A stretch of DNA of 64,000 bases from Octopus vulgaris. Taxonomy: Eukaryota. How positions within the stretch are numbered: position 1 is the stretch's first letter; every line of letters starts with the position of its first letter. This document shows, in pieces, positions 28,326 to 41,215 of this stretch. A program made the position numbers and the translations under genes. The notes below the pieces were generated by a model. The model made no database searches. It had not been told where the DNA came from and saw only the letters and a program-made list of their open reading frames with translations. Location of the stretch: the NCBI GenBank assembly GCA_951406725.2, contig OX597817.1:71238001-71302000 (forward strand). Direction: 5' to 3'.

Positions 28326-28743
28326 TTCCGCGCAGCAGCCACTCCTACATTCAGTAGAAATATTTTTGTGTGTGTGTGTGTTGGTGTCTGTGGTAGCCAT
28401 CCTGCATCTGTTGGATATATATATATACATATATATACAGCTTTATATATATATGTATATATATATGTATATATTGTGCCATGCACATATATATATATAT
28501 ATAAATCAGCTATGTATATATACGTAAATATAAATATGTGTGTTTCTGTGATAATACCAATTTATAATTTATTAACTAATTAGTGAACATCCAAATATTT
28601 ATACAGAATAAATCAATATACATCAATAAGTAAGATAATACCATAAGAATATATAATACATATAAAATGGATACTGGCAGTATATTGGATAAATGATATC
28701 CCATAGTGGGTTACACTATATATATCTCACTTTATATATATAA

Positions 28744-28801
<58 letters not shown>

Positions 28802-28814
28802 TATATATATATAT

Positions 28815-29073
28815 ATGTACATATATGGTTTTTATGTGCAGGTGGCATGTAAAGAAACACACCATTTGGGGAGTGGCTTTGCCAGTGCAATTGGCCCTCA
28901 CATGCTGGTACATAAAACACCCACAACACTAGAGTGGTTGGCGTTAGGAAGGGCATCCAACTGTAGATACTCTGCCAGATCAAGATTGGAGCCTGGTGCA
29001 TGCCATCCTGGTTCAGTCAAATCGTCTAACCCATGTAGCATGGAAGCAGATGTTAAACGATGATGATGATGAT
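28815..29073 (+). mobile_element. SINE/LINE 3' fragment with (GAT)n tail
   Basis: ggttggcgttaggaagggcatcca...aacccatgtagcatggaagcagatgttaaacgatgatgat; resembles RTE-type tails (from recall). Confidence 0.55.
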
Positions 29074-29331
29074 GATATATATATGTATATATCATCATAT
29101 ATATATATATATATATATATATTCAAGCTATTTGTATATCCACAGTAATATCAGCCATACACAGATATATACAATATATGTCTTTCATTCGGATAAGGAG
29201 CTGTTGTTGCCAATAACAGTAGTAACTCTCTGAACTTTGGCAACCTGTTCTTATATGTACAACATATACATTTTCAGAGCATCCTCCTATATATATATAT
29301 ATGTTGTAGGTAACAGACATTCTCTCTCTCT

Positions 29332-29375
<44 letters not shown>

Positions 29376-29384
29376 ACATATATA

Positions 29385-30200
29385 CAGGGTGTTTAGGCTA
29401 AATTTGACAGTTTGCATAAAAGGAAAAATAGAAACAATATCTCAGCCAAAAGTAAAAATGGTTTTTAAAAAATCAAAAAATATCAATTTTATTATGGTTG
29501 GAAGATAACAGTTTACTCTAATGAGGCTGCTCTCAGCTTCTATATATAGCCTTAAGACAGCTCAAGAATCTGGTGCATATGTTCCTGGGGAAGATCTTTG
29601 AACACCTCTTGATCTTGGCTACCTGTATGGCCTTGGTGTTGCAGGTAGAGTAGTTGATGTCTTCCTCAACTGCACCTCCACACATAGTAAACCATGGGAT
29701 TACAACTGAAGGAAGTTAGGAAATCTGATATATATGGGGCTGAGTGAAGCCAGAAATTGATCTGACTAGAACTTACCTGATTGTTTTCAGAGGTATGACA
29801 TAGGAGCCAAATCCTGCAGCCACATATGGCCTCTAGCAGCAGTCCTCTCCAGCCAGATAATTTACCACGTACCTCCAGTAGCTGCACACAATAGCCATCT
29901 GTTTAAAGATAGGATGAATTCCAGCATGTGGATGCGGTCAGAATGCCTACTATGTTCCTTCCTGTTAAAGAACATATTTCATAAACTCCATTGCAGCTGT
30001 CCATGTCACATCTTACAGCCTTTACAGTGTTCACAGAGCATTGAGAGCAGTCATGATGTCAGCATTTTGATACCTGCATAAATCATCATGATACAGATAA
30101 CACTTTTCAATATTCTGATGGCTATAAATTTTTCATGTCGGCTAATTTTTTTTTTTATATTTTTCAACTACAACTTTAATATTTATATACATCAATGCTG
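29385..30200 (-). mobile_element. Tc1/mariner-superfamily relic
   Basis: TA-CAGGGTG terminus; minus strand CNPMVYYVW, resembling PDxNPxDYxxW. Confidence 0.55.
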
Positions 30201-30288
30201 TTGACTGTTACTAACACATCAAATTGTTTCTGAAAAAGGAGAATAAAGAATTATACAGACCTTTTATATTCTCACACACACTTGCACG

Positions 30289-30360
<72 letters not shown>

Positions 30361-30722
30361 CATCCATCCATCCATCCATCCATCCATCCATCCATCCATG
30401 TATGTATGTATGTATGTATGTATGTATGTATGTATGTATGTATGCATGCGTGCATGCATGCATGCATGCATGTATGTATGTATGTATGTATGTATGTATG
30501 TATGTATGTATGTATGTACAACTATTCCTTATACCATGAACAAGAGAGCTAATGTGCCTTGGGACATAACATTGCCCTAATCAGGACTGCCAACTTATGT
30601 TGGTAAATAAATTTCACTCTGTAGTATTGTTACTACTTATTTCTCACTCAGAATATTTACAAACTACACACATACACACTACACACACATACACACACAT
30701 ATATACACACTCACTATATATA

Positions 30723-30780
<58 letters not shown>

Positions 30781-31538
30781 TACTATTAACAAAATTTGAA
30801 TGTGTGGCGTTCAGTTACTCAATAAATGAAAAATGCATTAAATACAACAAAACGCAGGACAGACAGAGAAGGACACTAATTCTTCATTAGTTATCGACCA
30901 AAAATACTAATACTCAGTTTCGTGCCTTTAACAATAAGACTGAGAACTTCGTATATCAGCGGTACCCGCAAGATTTGCATAGAATTAGAGTTCGAGCAAG
31001 CAAGACAATACAGGGTGAAAGTACGAAAGTAAGCAAACGTAAGTTGAAGCGATAGTCGAAGGCACAATAAATAAAGCCTTTTGGCTAAACACAAGAAGGA
31101 TGGGTCACGTCTAGAAGAAATCCTCGATGGATATAAAAAGAGAAATAGTAAGAAAGGAGAAAATTTTGACCGGGCAGTGTCTATAGGCTTTAACTGTATG
31201 TAAAAGTGTTTTACGAGCATATTTTAATTTCATCTTTTCTTCTTTCACTTGTTTTAACTATCGGAATGCGGCCATGATCGAACACAAGATTCAAGTACTT
31301 TTAATCGATTATATCAACCTCAGTACTTTGCCTGGTCCTTCTTCCATCGTTCTCGTAAGATATGAAATGCAAGGTGATCATTGACGTAGAAGGAAATAAT
31401 CCAATCGAGCTCAGATATTGTATGGGATTTCTGTTCTGATACATTCCACGTTTGAGCCTCATTTAGATATCATCGAATAGTCTCCCCAACTCTTTTTCGT
31501 CCTCCATCACATCTACAAAAGATACACATTTATGTATA

Positions 31539-31848
31539 CAGTGTAACCTCGGTTAACGAATTTAATTCGTTACTGAAAAACCTTTCATCACTCAAAATGT
31601 TCGTAAACCCAACCTGCTTTTCTCATAGGAAAAGCACGATGAATTCGAGCAGGGATGTGCGCTGAGTTAAAGCTAAACAGTAACTGACGCTCCCCGCTGG
31701 TACTTCCAGTTTGTTGCCAAAGATCATTGCCAGCTTGCGTGTTCGTTACTCGAGATACCGTTCGTCTCCCGAGACAGTTTGTATTTGAAAGATTGTCCGT
31801 ATGCTGATTTGTCCGCGATGAGAGGTGTTCATAAACAAGATTCCACCG
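31539..31848. mobile_element. Tigger/pogo-like MITE
   Basis: TA-cagtgtaacctcggttaacgaa ... ttcataaacaagattccaccg-TA imperfect TIRs. Confidence 0.6.
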
Positions 31849-32037
31849 TATACGTGACAGGATATTCTCAACAATTAAACTATTCATGGTCCAGCACTAA
31901 TGTTTATTGCATTAAACTCATTTTCACAGGGCTTCCGCCATCGAGCGTTGCATATGACATAATACAAAGCGCACATCAATAATAAGAAAGAACATAGACT
32001 TTAATGGAGTACCAAGTCAGAACCCGTGTTCTTTTAT

Positions 32038-32069
<32 letters not shown>

Positions 32070-33360
32070 ACAAATAAGTGCAACTCACCCGTATAAGCAT
32101 GAGAAGTCGCCGTCTCAGTAGGATCTGAGCATCACGCGATCCTGATTGCTCACTTTCTATTGTTATTGGAAAATAATTCTTTCGAGAATTCCTATTATGT
32201 TCGGTATTAGACAAGCTAAGAAACCATCTCACGTCTTCTTGAAAACTTGATTTGGGTTATTGATAGATTACAGCTGTGAGTTTCCACCGCCACTTTACCG
32301 TTTAAGTGTCTAAACATATTGTTCTCTTATTCCTCTTTCAGATAACATAGAAGTCCCATGTCGGCAATTTGGAGAACCGTGAAACTAATCTCCTTCGGAA
32401 GTGGGGAGGGGCACCTTGTATTTTACTTGCGTTTGGTTTGGGATAGTTCTTGCATTTTTGTGTTTGTTCTTTTTCTTTGTTCTCTTCCCGATATACTGCA
32501 ATCTCTCTCCGGGCCTCATTTTCTCCCCCATTCTCATGCAATAATGAAGTGGAGTTAATAGTCATGGCTCTAACCGGCACTATGGTGAAGAATCGCCTTT
32601 TAATTTCATGGTATTCAATCTGATTGTCGGCCTCTGGGACTATGGTCGAGGCGGTTTCTTCCTACCAATAATCTTCGGAGCTGCATTTATAATGCTTAGG
32701 AAATAACCTCTGTGGTCTGTTGTTGTCGTTATTGTTTTGCTACTGCTGCTTCTACTGTTGTCCCCTACTCTCTTCTGCTTCTCTATCTATTACTATTCCC
32801 CATTCTCACCTTCTAGGCAGAATGTCCTCGGATAAATCTTGTTCCTTTTTTTTCATATGTTTTTCTGTTGTAGCACCTGGGCCTTCTACTCTGCACCATC
32901 ACCCTAACCTCACTCCTCTTTGTTGCGATAAAGGAGCACAACTCCTGGATAGCTTTGTGGTCTTCGTGTATCATCAAGACTTGTCTGACGATGAAGACAC
33001 TACCGACCATGTTGTTGCGTGTTGCCTCCCCGCTAACCATATACTTGTATTATGCCGCAAAGGGGACGATGTATCATTATCTCTGACTGTCTCCCTTGTG
33101 CTTCAAGTACACGTCGGCTAAGGTTTCCTTTAATTGCTCCTTCGAGAGCACACAGAAACCCCATCAGTTGTTTTGAGAATCATAGATATATCACATTTTC
33201 ACCTTTTTTATTCGATAAATTCGTCTTACGTGATAACTCTACTTCATAGGGCTGAATCATGTCCAACGCCGTCTTCTGGTTCGCAACGTTTGTTGTTAGT
33301 CTTTACACTTACGAATAATGCTCAAGATTTGATGTGAGGAGGAGAGAATAGTGGATTATA

Positions 33361-33560
33361 TGAGGAGGTACTGAATAGCTCCTGGCTCTGGGTAAAACAA
33401 AATACAGGAGAACCAGTCAATTAAGATTTTATTCCACATATTCCCCTCTCAGATTCACACACACTTTGCAGCGGTCATACTGTTTTTCTAAGCCCGGTAA
33501 AGGAACTCGGAAGGCCTTTCGCGACACCCTTAAAGCCATGAACTTTTCAGCACACCCTCG
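33361..33560 (-). mobile_element. Mariner-derived MITE (inverted copy)
   Basis: Reverse complement of the 13713-13931 family; TA flanks. Confidence 0.7.
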
Positions 33561-34269
33561 TATTCATCTCAGTACTTCACTGGGACTTTCTTTTAAACTT
33601 TGAAGGTTCACAGGTAAAAGTCAAGCGATTAACCTGAAAGGGTTCAGAACTCAATACATAAGCAGACGAAACTAAATAAATAAATAAATAATACAAGGTA
33701 TTTCGTCCGATGTTTTAATAATTCTACCGAATGAAGAAAGCATTGGTCAATACTACACTTCCTACTACTCTTCATTTGTTTCCACAGTTTTTCACCAGCA
33801 AAATATAATCGTTATATTTCAATATTTCCTGACCACATCAATATTACGGTTCGATATTGCAGTTCGATATTACGATTCTAAAGAGCAAGGTTTTTTTTTT
33901 AAATTTCTTTCCTTCACCCACTTTTGTCCTACATACTTCATACCAATGTTTCTCTTCATGTTTTGCTTCCGTATTTGTATACTTTGCCTTCGATAATATT
34001 CCATTTTGTTCTCTATTTTAAATATCGAAGGAAAATAAAATTCTCACGAAAGAATTTCTTCGGAAATATTTGATATATTATAATCGAAGATATTTAATGA
34101 GCACAAGCGTGGCTGTGTGTTAAGACGTTAGCTTTCCAACTACTCAATTCTGTGTTAAATTTCTCTGTAAGGTCTCTTGGGCAAGTATCTCTAACTATAG
34201 CCCCTCCTGTCAAAACCCTGTGTGCGGACTTGATAGGCGGAAAATGAAAGATGTCCTTTATATATATAT

Positions 34270-34355
<86 letters not shown>

Positions 34356-34606
34356 TAGCAGAATACCCGTCGTTGATCGGGTAATTACCTTTACTTTTCC
34401 TCGGGAGCCACATTCAAAGTGTTATTATATATAAAGATTTACTCCTCCTGTATGTGTGTTTTTTATAAGAAAAAATGTAATAATTGAAGTAAAAAAAAAA
34501 AGGATCAGTTTCATACACGAACTTCTGCTTGTTTATCATACGACAATAATAAGTAGTTGTATGTGTTATTTTATACATCAATGCAGTAATGGCAATTATA
34601 TAATAC

Positions 34607-34725
34607 ACAAGGCTTTGGTCGGCACGATGCTGTAATGAAAGAGACTTGCCCAACGTGCCGCACGGCGGGACTGAACCCGAGGCGACATGGTTAGAAAGCA
34701 AGCTTCTCGAAAACACAGCCACGCC
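34607..34725 (-). mobile_element. SINE family 1 head fragment
   Basis: cacaaggctttggtcggc...gacttgccca...gggactgaacccg...acacagccacgcc. Confidence 0.7.
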
Positions 34726-34872
34726 AAAAAAAAAAAAAAAGGAGAGATACATTTTGGATAATATACTCCTTGATACACTATGCTTAACGAAAAGATGGGA
34801 TGTTTACAGTGAGAAGACCTTTGATTTCAATATATACCTGAATAACGCAACAACTCACAACGCTACACCATA

Positions 34873-35360
34873 CAGGGTGTTCCAGAATTGACTATCTGTT
34901 TCAATGAAATTGAGCAAATTAAAAAAAAAAAAACTGACAGATTTTTATTTTTATTACCAAAACAAATGGATTTATAAATCTTACGTCAAAATGTTATTGA
35001 AAATTTTCAACATGTCTGTATCCCTGCATACTTCAAATCTCTCCTTAGTGTTGTGAAATGCATTTTGAAGCATTTCAGGAGTTAGCTCCTGCACTGCAAA
35101 CTGAATGCGTTCTTTAATCTTAGCTAAGCGATTGCTCCATCTTGGGGATAGAGGTAAAGGAAGTGATTGCTGCCAATTTTTTAAAAAAAAGCTGTCATGG
35201 ACGAAGAGGGGTCCAACAGGAATGAGAATAAAATTATAAACAAAATTCAAAATTTATACACTTTTAACAAATATTAAGCATGATAAACATAAAATAAAAG
35301 TGAGTTTTAAAAAAATGCATCCGATTTCACTCAAATCATCATTAATTCTGGGACATCCTG
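34873..35360. mobile_element. Tc1/mariner-derived MITE nested in the Helitron
   Basis: TIRs CAGGGTGTTCCAGAATT / AATTCTGGGACATCCTG. Confidence 0.7.
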
Positions 35361-36588
35361 TGTTTACTCGTCCGACTAAACGGGGGAGAGAACACGGGGA
35401 CGGGACTAATTGCAGGTGGCGAGCGTAGCTTCCGGAAGTGGTCAGGCGGTCAAACTCAAGTGGCTGTGAGTCACAACAGCAGTTTTTTTTTTTTTTGTAA
35501 GAACATTTTGCATTATATAGTTCAGACACGGGTGACATAGATGGCAGACATGCTGCCGGGCCATGCTGCGTTGCGCAGGATTGGAAAAGTGAAACATCAA
35601 CTGGGCACTTCTGAAGAATGAATGAATGAATGGGTTTGTTGTGCCTTTACCAAGCCGCACACACATGAACATGGCCTGTTGGTGAGGGGGATAGTAACAT
35701 GAAACATCAACAGGGCGTCGACAAAAATTTTAATGTTCTCGTTTCCCTTGTCAAATTGGACAAAACGTTTTTCATGAAATATACGCTACTTATAATGCAG
35801 AAGTAGTGTCAATATTTTATCGTAGGAAAATGGCCTAAAACAAAGATAAAACCCAGTCCAGTATACTCAAATCTGATTAATCTGCATTTTTGGTGGGGCT
35901 CATAGTCGACGTCAGAATTTTTTTTAGTCAACAGCAATTCGAAGAGCCTGATTAATGTTTGTTGCAAATTTGGAGGAAAGCGACTGGATGCACTTCAAGT
36001 TACGGGCCTTAAAGCCGCGAAAATTCTTTAAAAATGCGGTTTATCTGCCCTTGGACCCGCATTAGGCAAGAAGTTGAAAATGTTTTGGGCTCATAACACT
36101 GACCATATGTAATGCGAATGTAAAATTTCATTAAAATCGTTTGGGTGAAATTGAGTTTTAACGATATGACGAACACAGACAGACACACATCCTGTGTTTT
36201 ATGTAGATAGATATAAGTGTGTCTGTGCGTATGTGTGTGCATGAATATACATACATACATACATACATACATACATACATACATACATACATACATACAT
36301 ACATGTGCGTGTGTGTGTGTGTGTGCGTTAGAATAAAAAAAATTTAAAGAGTGGGAAATCCATACACTACTGTGAAGTTTAATATTTTTATTCGATAGGT
36401 GAATTCTTTTAGGTCTTCTGAAAATACCGATTACAGTGGAACCAGCTGTAGAGTATTTGGGAATAATCCATTTGTGCGTGTGTTTGCTTGTGTGCATGTA
36501 TATGTATGTGTGTACAAATATATATACCAACCTACCTACCTACATATATACATACATACATACATACATACATACATACATACATACG

Positions 36589-36618
<30 letters not shown>

Positions 36619-36620
<2 letters not shown>

Positions 36621-37397
36621 GGTGTGGTGAATATATTGTCGTCTAGATTACGCAAAAATGAAAATAACCCTGACATCTCATTTTAACAGTTTTATTTACC
36701 AAAATTACATAAAAATATCTTGAAATACTAAAGAGTAAATGTAATCAATAAAATCGCCATTGCCTTCAACTACGGCCTCCAGACGACTTCCGAATCTCCT
36801 GCAACTCTTCTGGACGACACATAATAATCAAGGGGGTTTCAGTTAGGGGAGCTAGGTGACCGGATGTCAGGTGTGATGTGGTCGCAGAAATTGTCTAACA
36901 GCCATGACTGGGTTCTGTTGCTTGTATGGCATGGTGTAGAGTCCTGTTGCCAGACATTGGGTCTTCCAGCAGCCATCTTCTTGACCGACAGCAGCACTAC
37001 CTCCACCAGACACTTGATGTATTACTTCGTGTTGAGTCTGAGGCCGTGTGGGAAGATGAACGGAGGCATAACGTCGCCATTACTAGTGATCACTCCAAGC
37101 ACCATGATGTTGACTGGATGTTTGATTTTTATATCTTTCGGTACATGTTTTGGGGACACGGCAAGCCAACGGTTGTTCTGGGTGTTCACTATCTGTTCGT
37201 ATTGGAGCTTCCGGCGCGAATGCCAAGCAGTATAACATGTCGTTGTCAGATTTCTGACAGAGTGAATTGCATCATGGTGCTGTTTTTCTCACAGATAGTG
37301 CCCAACTGACCCTACTATAGTGTGTAGCTGACAAAATCAAAAGCAATGCGTAAGCGAGATTTAAAATATAAAATGGCGAGAATTTAAACATTGCACC

Positions 37398-37400
<3 letters not shown>
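36619..37400 (-). mobile_element. Tc1/mariner relic (maT/DD37D-like transposase fragment)
   Basis: Minus strand WQQDSTPCHTS..TQSWL..NFCDHITPD..SPSSP..NPLDY; terminal gcaccctata. Confidence 0.65.
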
Positions 37401-37429
<29 letters not shown>

Positions 37430-37430
37430 T

Positions 37431-37515
<85 letters not shown>

Positions 37516-37639
37516 GTCAAAAATTGATCTCGACGGAATTTGACCACGGAACATACAGACGGACAAAATACCGCTAGACATTTTATTCAGCATGCTAACG
37601 ACTCTGCCAGCTCGCTGCCTTATCAATAATAATATAATG

Positions 37640-37847
37640 ATTTGAAATTTTGACACTAGGCCAGCAATTTCGAGGGAGGGGTAAGTTGATTACATCGACC
37701 CCAGTGTTCAACTGGTACTTAATTTATCGACCCCTAAAGGATGAAAGGCAAAGTTAGCCTCGGTGGCATTTGAACTGAGAACGTAACGGACGAAATGCCG
37801 CTGAACATTTTACCTCACGTGCTAACGATTCTGCCTGTCGCCACCTT
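37640..37847 (-). mobile_element. SINE family 2 copy
   Basis: actggtacttaatttatcgacccc..aggatgaaaggcaaagt..cctcgg..atttgaact; a partial copy lies at 37520-37620. Confidence 0.75.
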
Positions 37848-38594
37848 AATAATACTGATAATAATAACGATAATTTATGACAACCTAAAAGGACTGAAAG
37901 AGTTAAATATACTTGAGAGATATACTGCTTTGCAAAGAAATTCTTTCGTAATACAATTTGTATTCAATGTAGTTGGAATTCTGTTTATAAATACAGGAAA
38001 GCTGGATAATCTTTTGAAGAAAAGAAACTCAAATTCCCGGAGGGAAAATAACGAATTAATTAATAAGACAGGATTATTCAAAGAATATATCTTTACATAT
38101 TAGAAGAGAGAGATAAGAGAGAAACACAAGAGAGAGGTAGTGGGAGGAAGGGAGAGAGAGGGAGGAGAAGGGGAGGGAGATAGGGGGAGAGAGAAATATA
38201 CATGCGTAGTAGAGTAAAAAAAGAAAATATCAAATAGCGAGCAAATTGAAGGTTTGTTGAAATGCATATCTATACTTCCATTCATATATGTCAATACTAT
38301 TTATTCTATACGCATGAAGACATAAATACGCAACTGAAATATATATATATATATATATATTTATATAAATTTTATAATTATGAGTATAATTATAATTAGG
38401 GTTCAGCAAAAATTTGCTTCACCACATACCGATGTGGTGAAGCAACCCTAATTATAATTATACTCATACTTATAAAGAATTTTGTTTAAGTTTGCCGATA
38501 ATGGTTCTTTTAACATACCGAACTACTTGGTAAAATTATTAATTAGTTAATCAATTTTACCCTTTATTATTATATGTATATCTTCAAACCATCT

Positions 38595-38883
38595 TTTTCA
38601 GACCATCAGATGTTGTTACACATCGCTGGTCACAATGCGTTCGCATTGTTTTAGCCTTCGAATGACGCCACCCCGCTGGCTAAGCGAGCAGGCCAACAGA
38701 AGAAAGAGTGGGAGAAAGAGTGGTGAAAGAGTACAGCAGGGATCACCACACCCTGCCGGAGCCTCGTGGAGCTTTTAGGTGTTTTCGCTCAATAAACACT
38801 CACAACGCCCAGTCTGGGAATCGAAACTGCGATCCTGCGACCGCGAATCCGCTGCCCTAACCACTAGGCCATTGCGCCGCCAC
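38595..38883 (-). mobile_element. tRNA-derived SINE (family 3a)
   Basis: Minus strand A box TGGCCTAGTGG, B box GTTTCGATTCC; head shared with 52869-53152. Confidence 0.8.
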
Positions 38884-39016
<133 letters not shown>

Positions 39017-39474
39017 TCATACAATTAAGCCTTTACAGGCAAAGCTTCAAGTCCCAGTCAACGTAATATGCACAATACTCTAACTTCTAGAAGTACTGAG
39101 CCCCTTATATAATTAAATGCTTGTTAACACTTTCATAATTTATGACCCTAACACACACACACACATATACGCACGCACACGCACACACACGCACACACAC
39201 ACACACACACATGCCGCATATATGGCTATGTGGATAAGAAGCTTCCATTCCACTCATGTGGTCTTGGGTTTACTCCCACTGTGCAGCAACTATAATAAGT
39301 ACCAGCGTTCGACTGGTTCTTATTATATCGATCCTTGAAAGGCGAAGTCAGCCTCGGCGGAATATCAACTTAGAACATAAACCTGGACGAAATACCGCTT
39401 AGGATTTTGCTCGGCGTGCTAACTATACCGCCAGTTAGCCACCTTACACCATGCGCATGATATTAGTTGTTTGT

Positions 39475-39692
39475 AAGGCGGTGAGCTGGCAGAAGCGTTA
39501 GCACGCCGGGCGAAATGCGTAGCCGTATTTCGTCTGCCGTTACGTTCTGAGTTCAAATTCCGCCGAGGTCGACTTTGCCTTTCCTCCTTTCGGGGTTGAT
39601 AAATTAAGTACCAGTTACGCACTGGGTCGCTATAATCGACTTAATCCGTTTGTCCTCTCTGTGTTTATCCCCTTGTGGGTAGTAAAGAAATA
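39475..39692 (+). mobile_element. Young SINE family 2 copy with 16-bp TSD
   Basis: TSD gatattagttgtttgt at 39459-39474 and 39693-39708; B-box-like GAGTTCAAATTCC. Confidence 0.88.
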
Positions 39693-40221
39693 GATATTAG
39701 TTGTTTGTCGCCTACTAGTAAGATATTTCATATCGCTTGCTCTCTGGCATGCAACGTTAGCGAAAAAACATAGTACTGTTGTTACTTTCGGTAAATTTTA
39801 TGATTCCGCTAATTACGCATGTTAGTGTGTATATGTTTCTATTTGCAAAGCATTTACTTCACTTTTTTTCTATAACATTTTTAAAACATAACCTCAGACG
39901 TTTTATTTTTTTGCTAATAGTTTCTAAAGTATTTTTGAAAAAACTTCTGTGACGTATTTGTTGCTATCATGTGTGCGGCTAGCACTTCTGTCCTTTTCTC
40001 TAAAAATGCCCGCGTTCTGTCGCTAATAAACAACGTTTGCCAAGCGATAAAATATTTTTTAATGTCTAAAGCTTACCTTATTTTTCACCCCAGGATAATG
40101 AGATGCTTGTTCAATACTTACCAAAATTCTTTCAAGAAAATACGATAGGATTCAATTCTTCAAGACCCCGTAAGAAACCTTCGCTCATTACAAACAACAA
40201 TGTCCATAAAAATAAGTTTTT

Positions 40222-40880
40222 TTCTATCATAGGCACAAGGTCTGAAATTTTGGGGGAAAGATTATGCTGATTACAGCTACTGCAGTACTTAACAAGCACT
40301 TATTTTATCGACCTCACAAAGGTTGATTGGAAAAATCCACCTCAGCGAGTTTGAACTCAGAATGTAAAGACGGACGAAATAATACAAAGCATTTTGTCCG
40401 GTGGGCTAATGATTCTGCCAATTTGCCACCTTAACCATCATAATAATACTCCTTTGTACCATAGGCACAAGATTTGAAATTTTGGGGAAGGGGATGAGTC
40501 TATCACATTGACCACAGTGCGTAACCGGTGCTTATTTCATCGACCTCGAAAAGATGAAAGGCAAAATCTCTCGGCGGGATTTGATCTCAAAATGTGGAGA
40601 CGGACGAAAAGCTGCTAAGCATTTTGCCCGTTGTGCAACAATTTAACCATCATAATATTGATAAACCTTTCTACTAAAGGCAAAGAGTCTGAAATTTTGT
40701 GGAAGAGGGAGGTCGATTACATCGACTCCATTGTTCAACTGGTACTTATTTTATCGATCCAGAAAGCATGACAAAGTTGACTTCGGCGGAATTTGGACTC
40801 AGTACGTATAAAACCAGAAGAAATTTCACTAAGCATTTTCTCTGGTACGCCAACCATTCAGCCAGCTCACACTGCCTTAG
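40222..40880 (-). mobile_element. Three head-to-tail degenerate SINE family 2 copies
   Basis: ~225-bp unit (ataggcacaag..tgaaattttggggg..cttattttatcga..tttgaactc..aagcatttt) repeated three times. Confidence 0.75.
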
Positions 40881-40889
40881 CGATAACAT

Positions 40890-41215
40890 ATAATAAAGCT
40901 AATATCATATTTGATAATATAAATGACAATAGGTTATTAATATTAGATATAGCAATTCTAAATAAATATAACGATACACTGGAGAAAGCTAAAAACCTAA
41001 GGAATTTATACTGAGGTAACAGCTGAAGTAACAGACATGGCCGTTATGAAAATTTTCCTATGTTGTGCTTTCATAATTGGTACAACAGGAATAATAAACT
41101 GCTGGTTTTGTAAATACATTAACCGATTACTTTATAAGTTAGGGACCGACATATTTCAGGAAATGGCAATACCAATATATGTAAATACTGTTAGAACATA
41201 TCGCGCAAGTGAGCA
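40890..41215 (+). pseudogene. Relic of the restriction-like endonuclease end of an R4/Dong-type LINE
   Basis: NIIFD...LLILDIAI...IIGTTGII resembles the PD..D RLE region; heavily decayed. Confidence 0.35.

Larger units (their letters stand above)
34355..36211 (-). mobile_element. Non-autonomous Helitron-like element with nested insertions
   Basis: Minus strand starts A|TC(TATCTACATAAAA), ends with hairpin ACCCG-atcaacga-CGGGT then CTAG|T; no TSD. Confidence 0.6.

Noticed and set aside
32340-33340. Possible decayed gag/ORF1-like sequence (VRVMVQSRRPRCY)
   Set aside because: Only a faint resemblance; zinc-knuckle residues are missing
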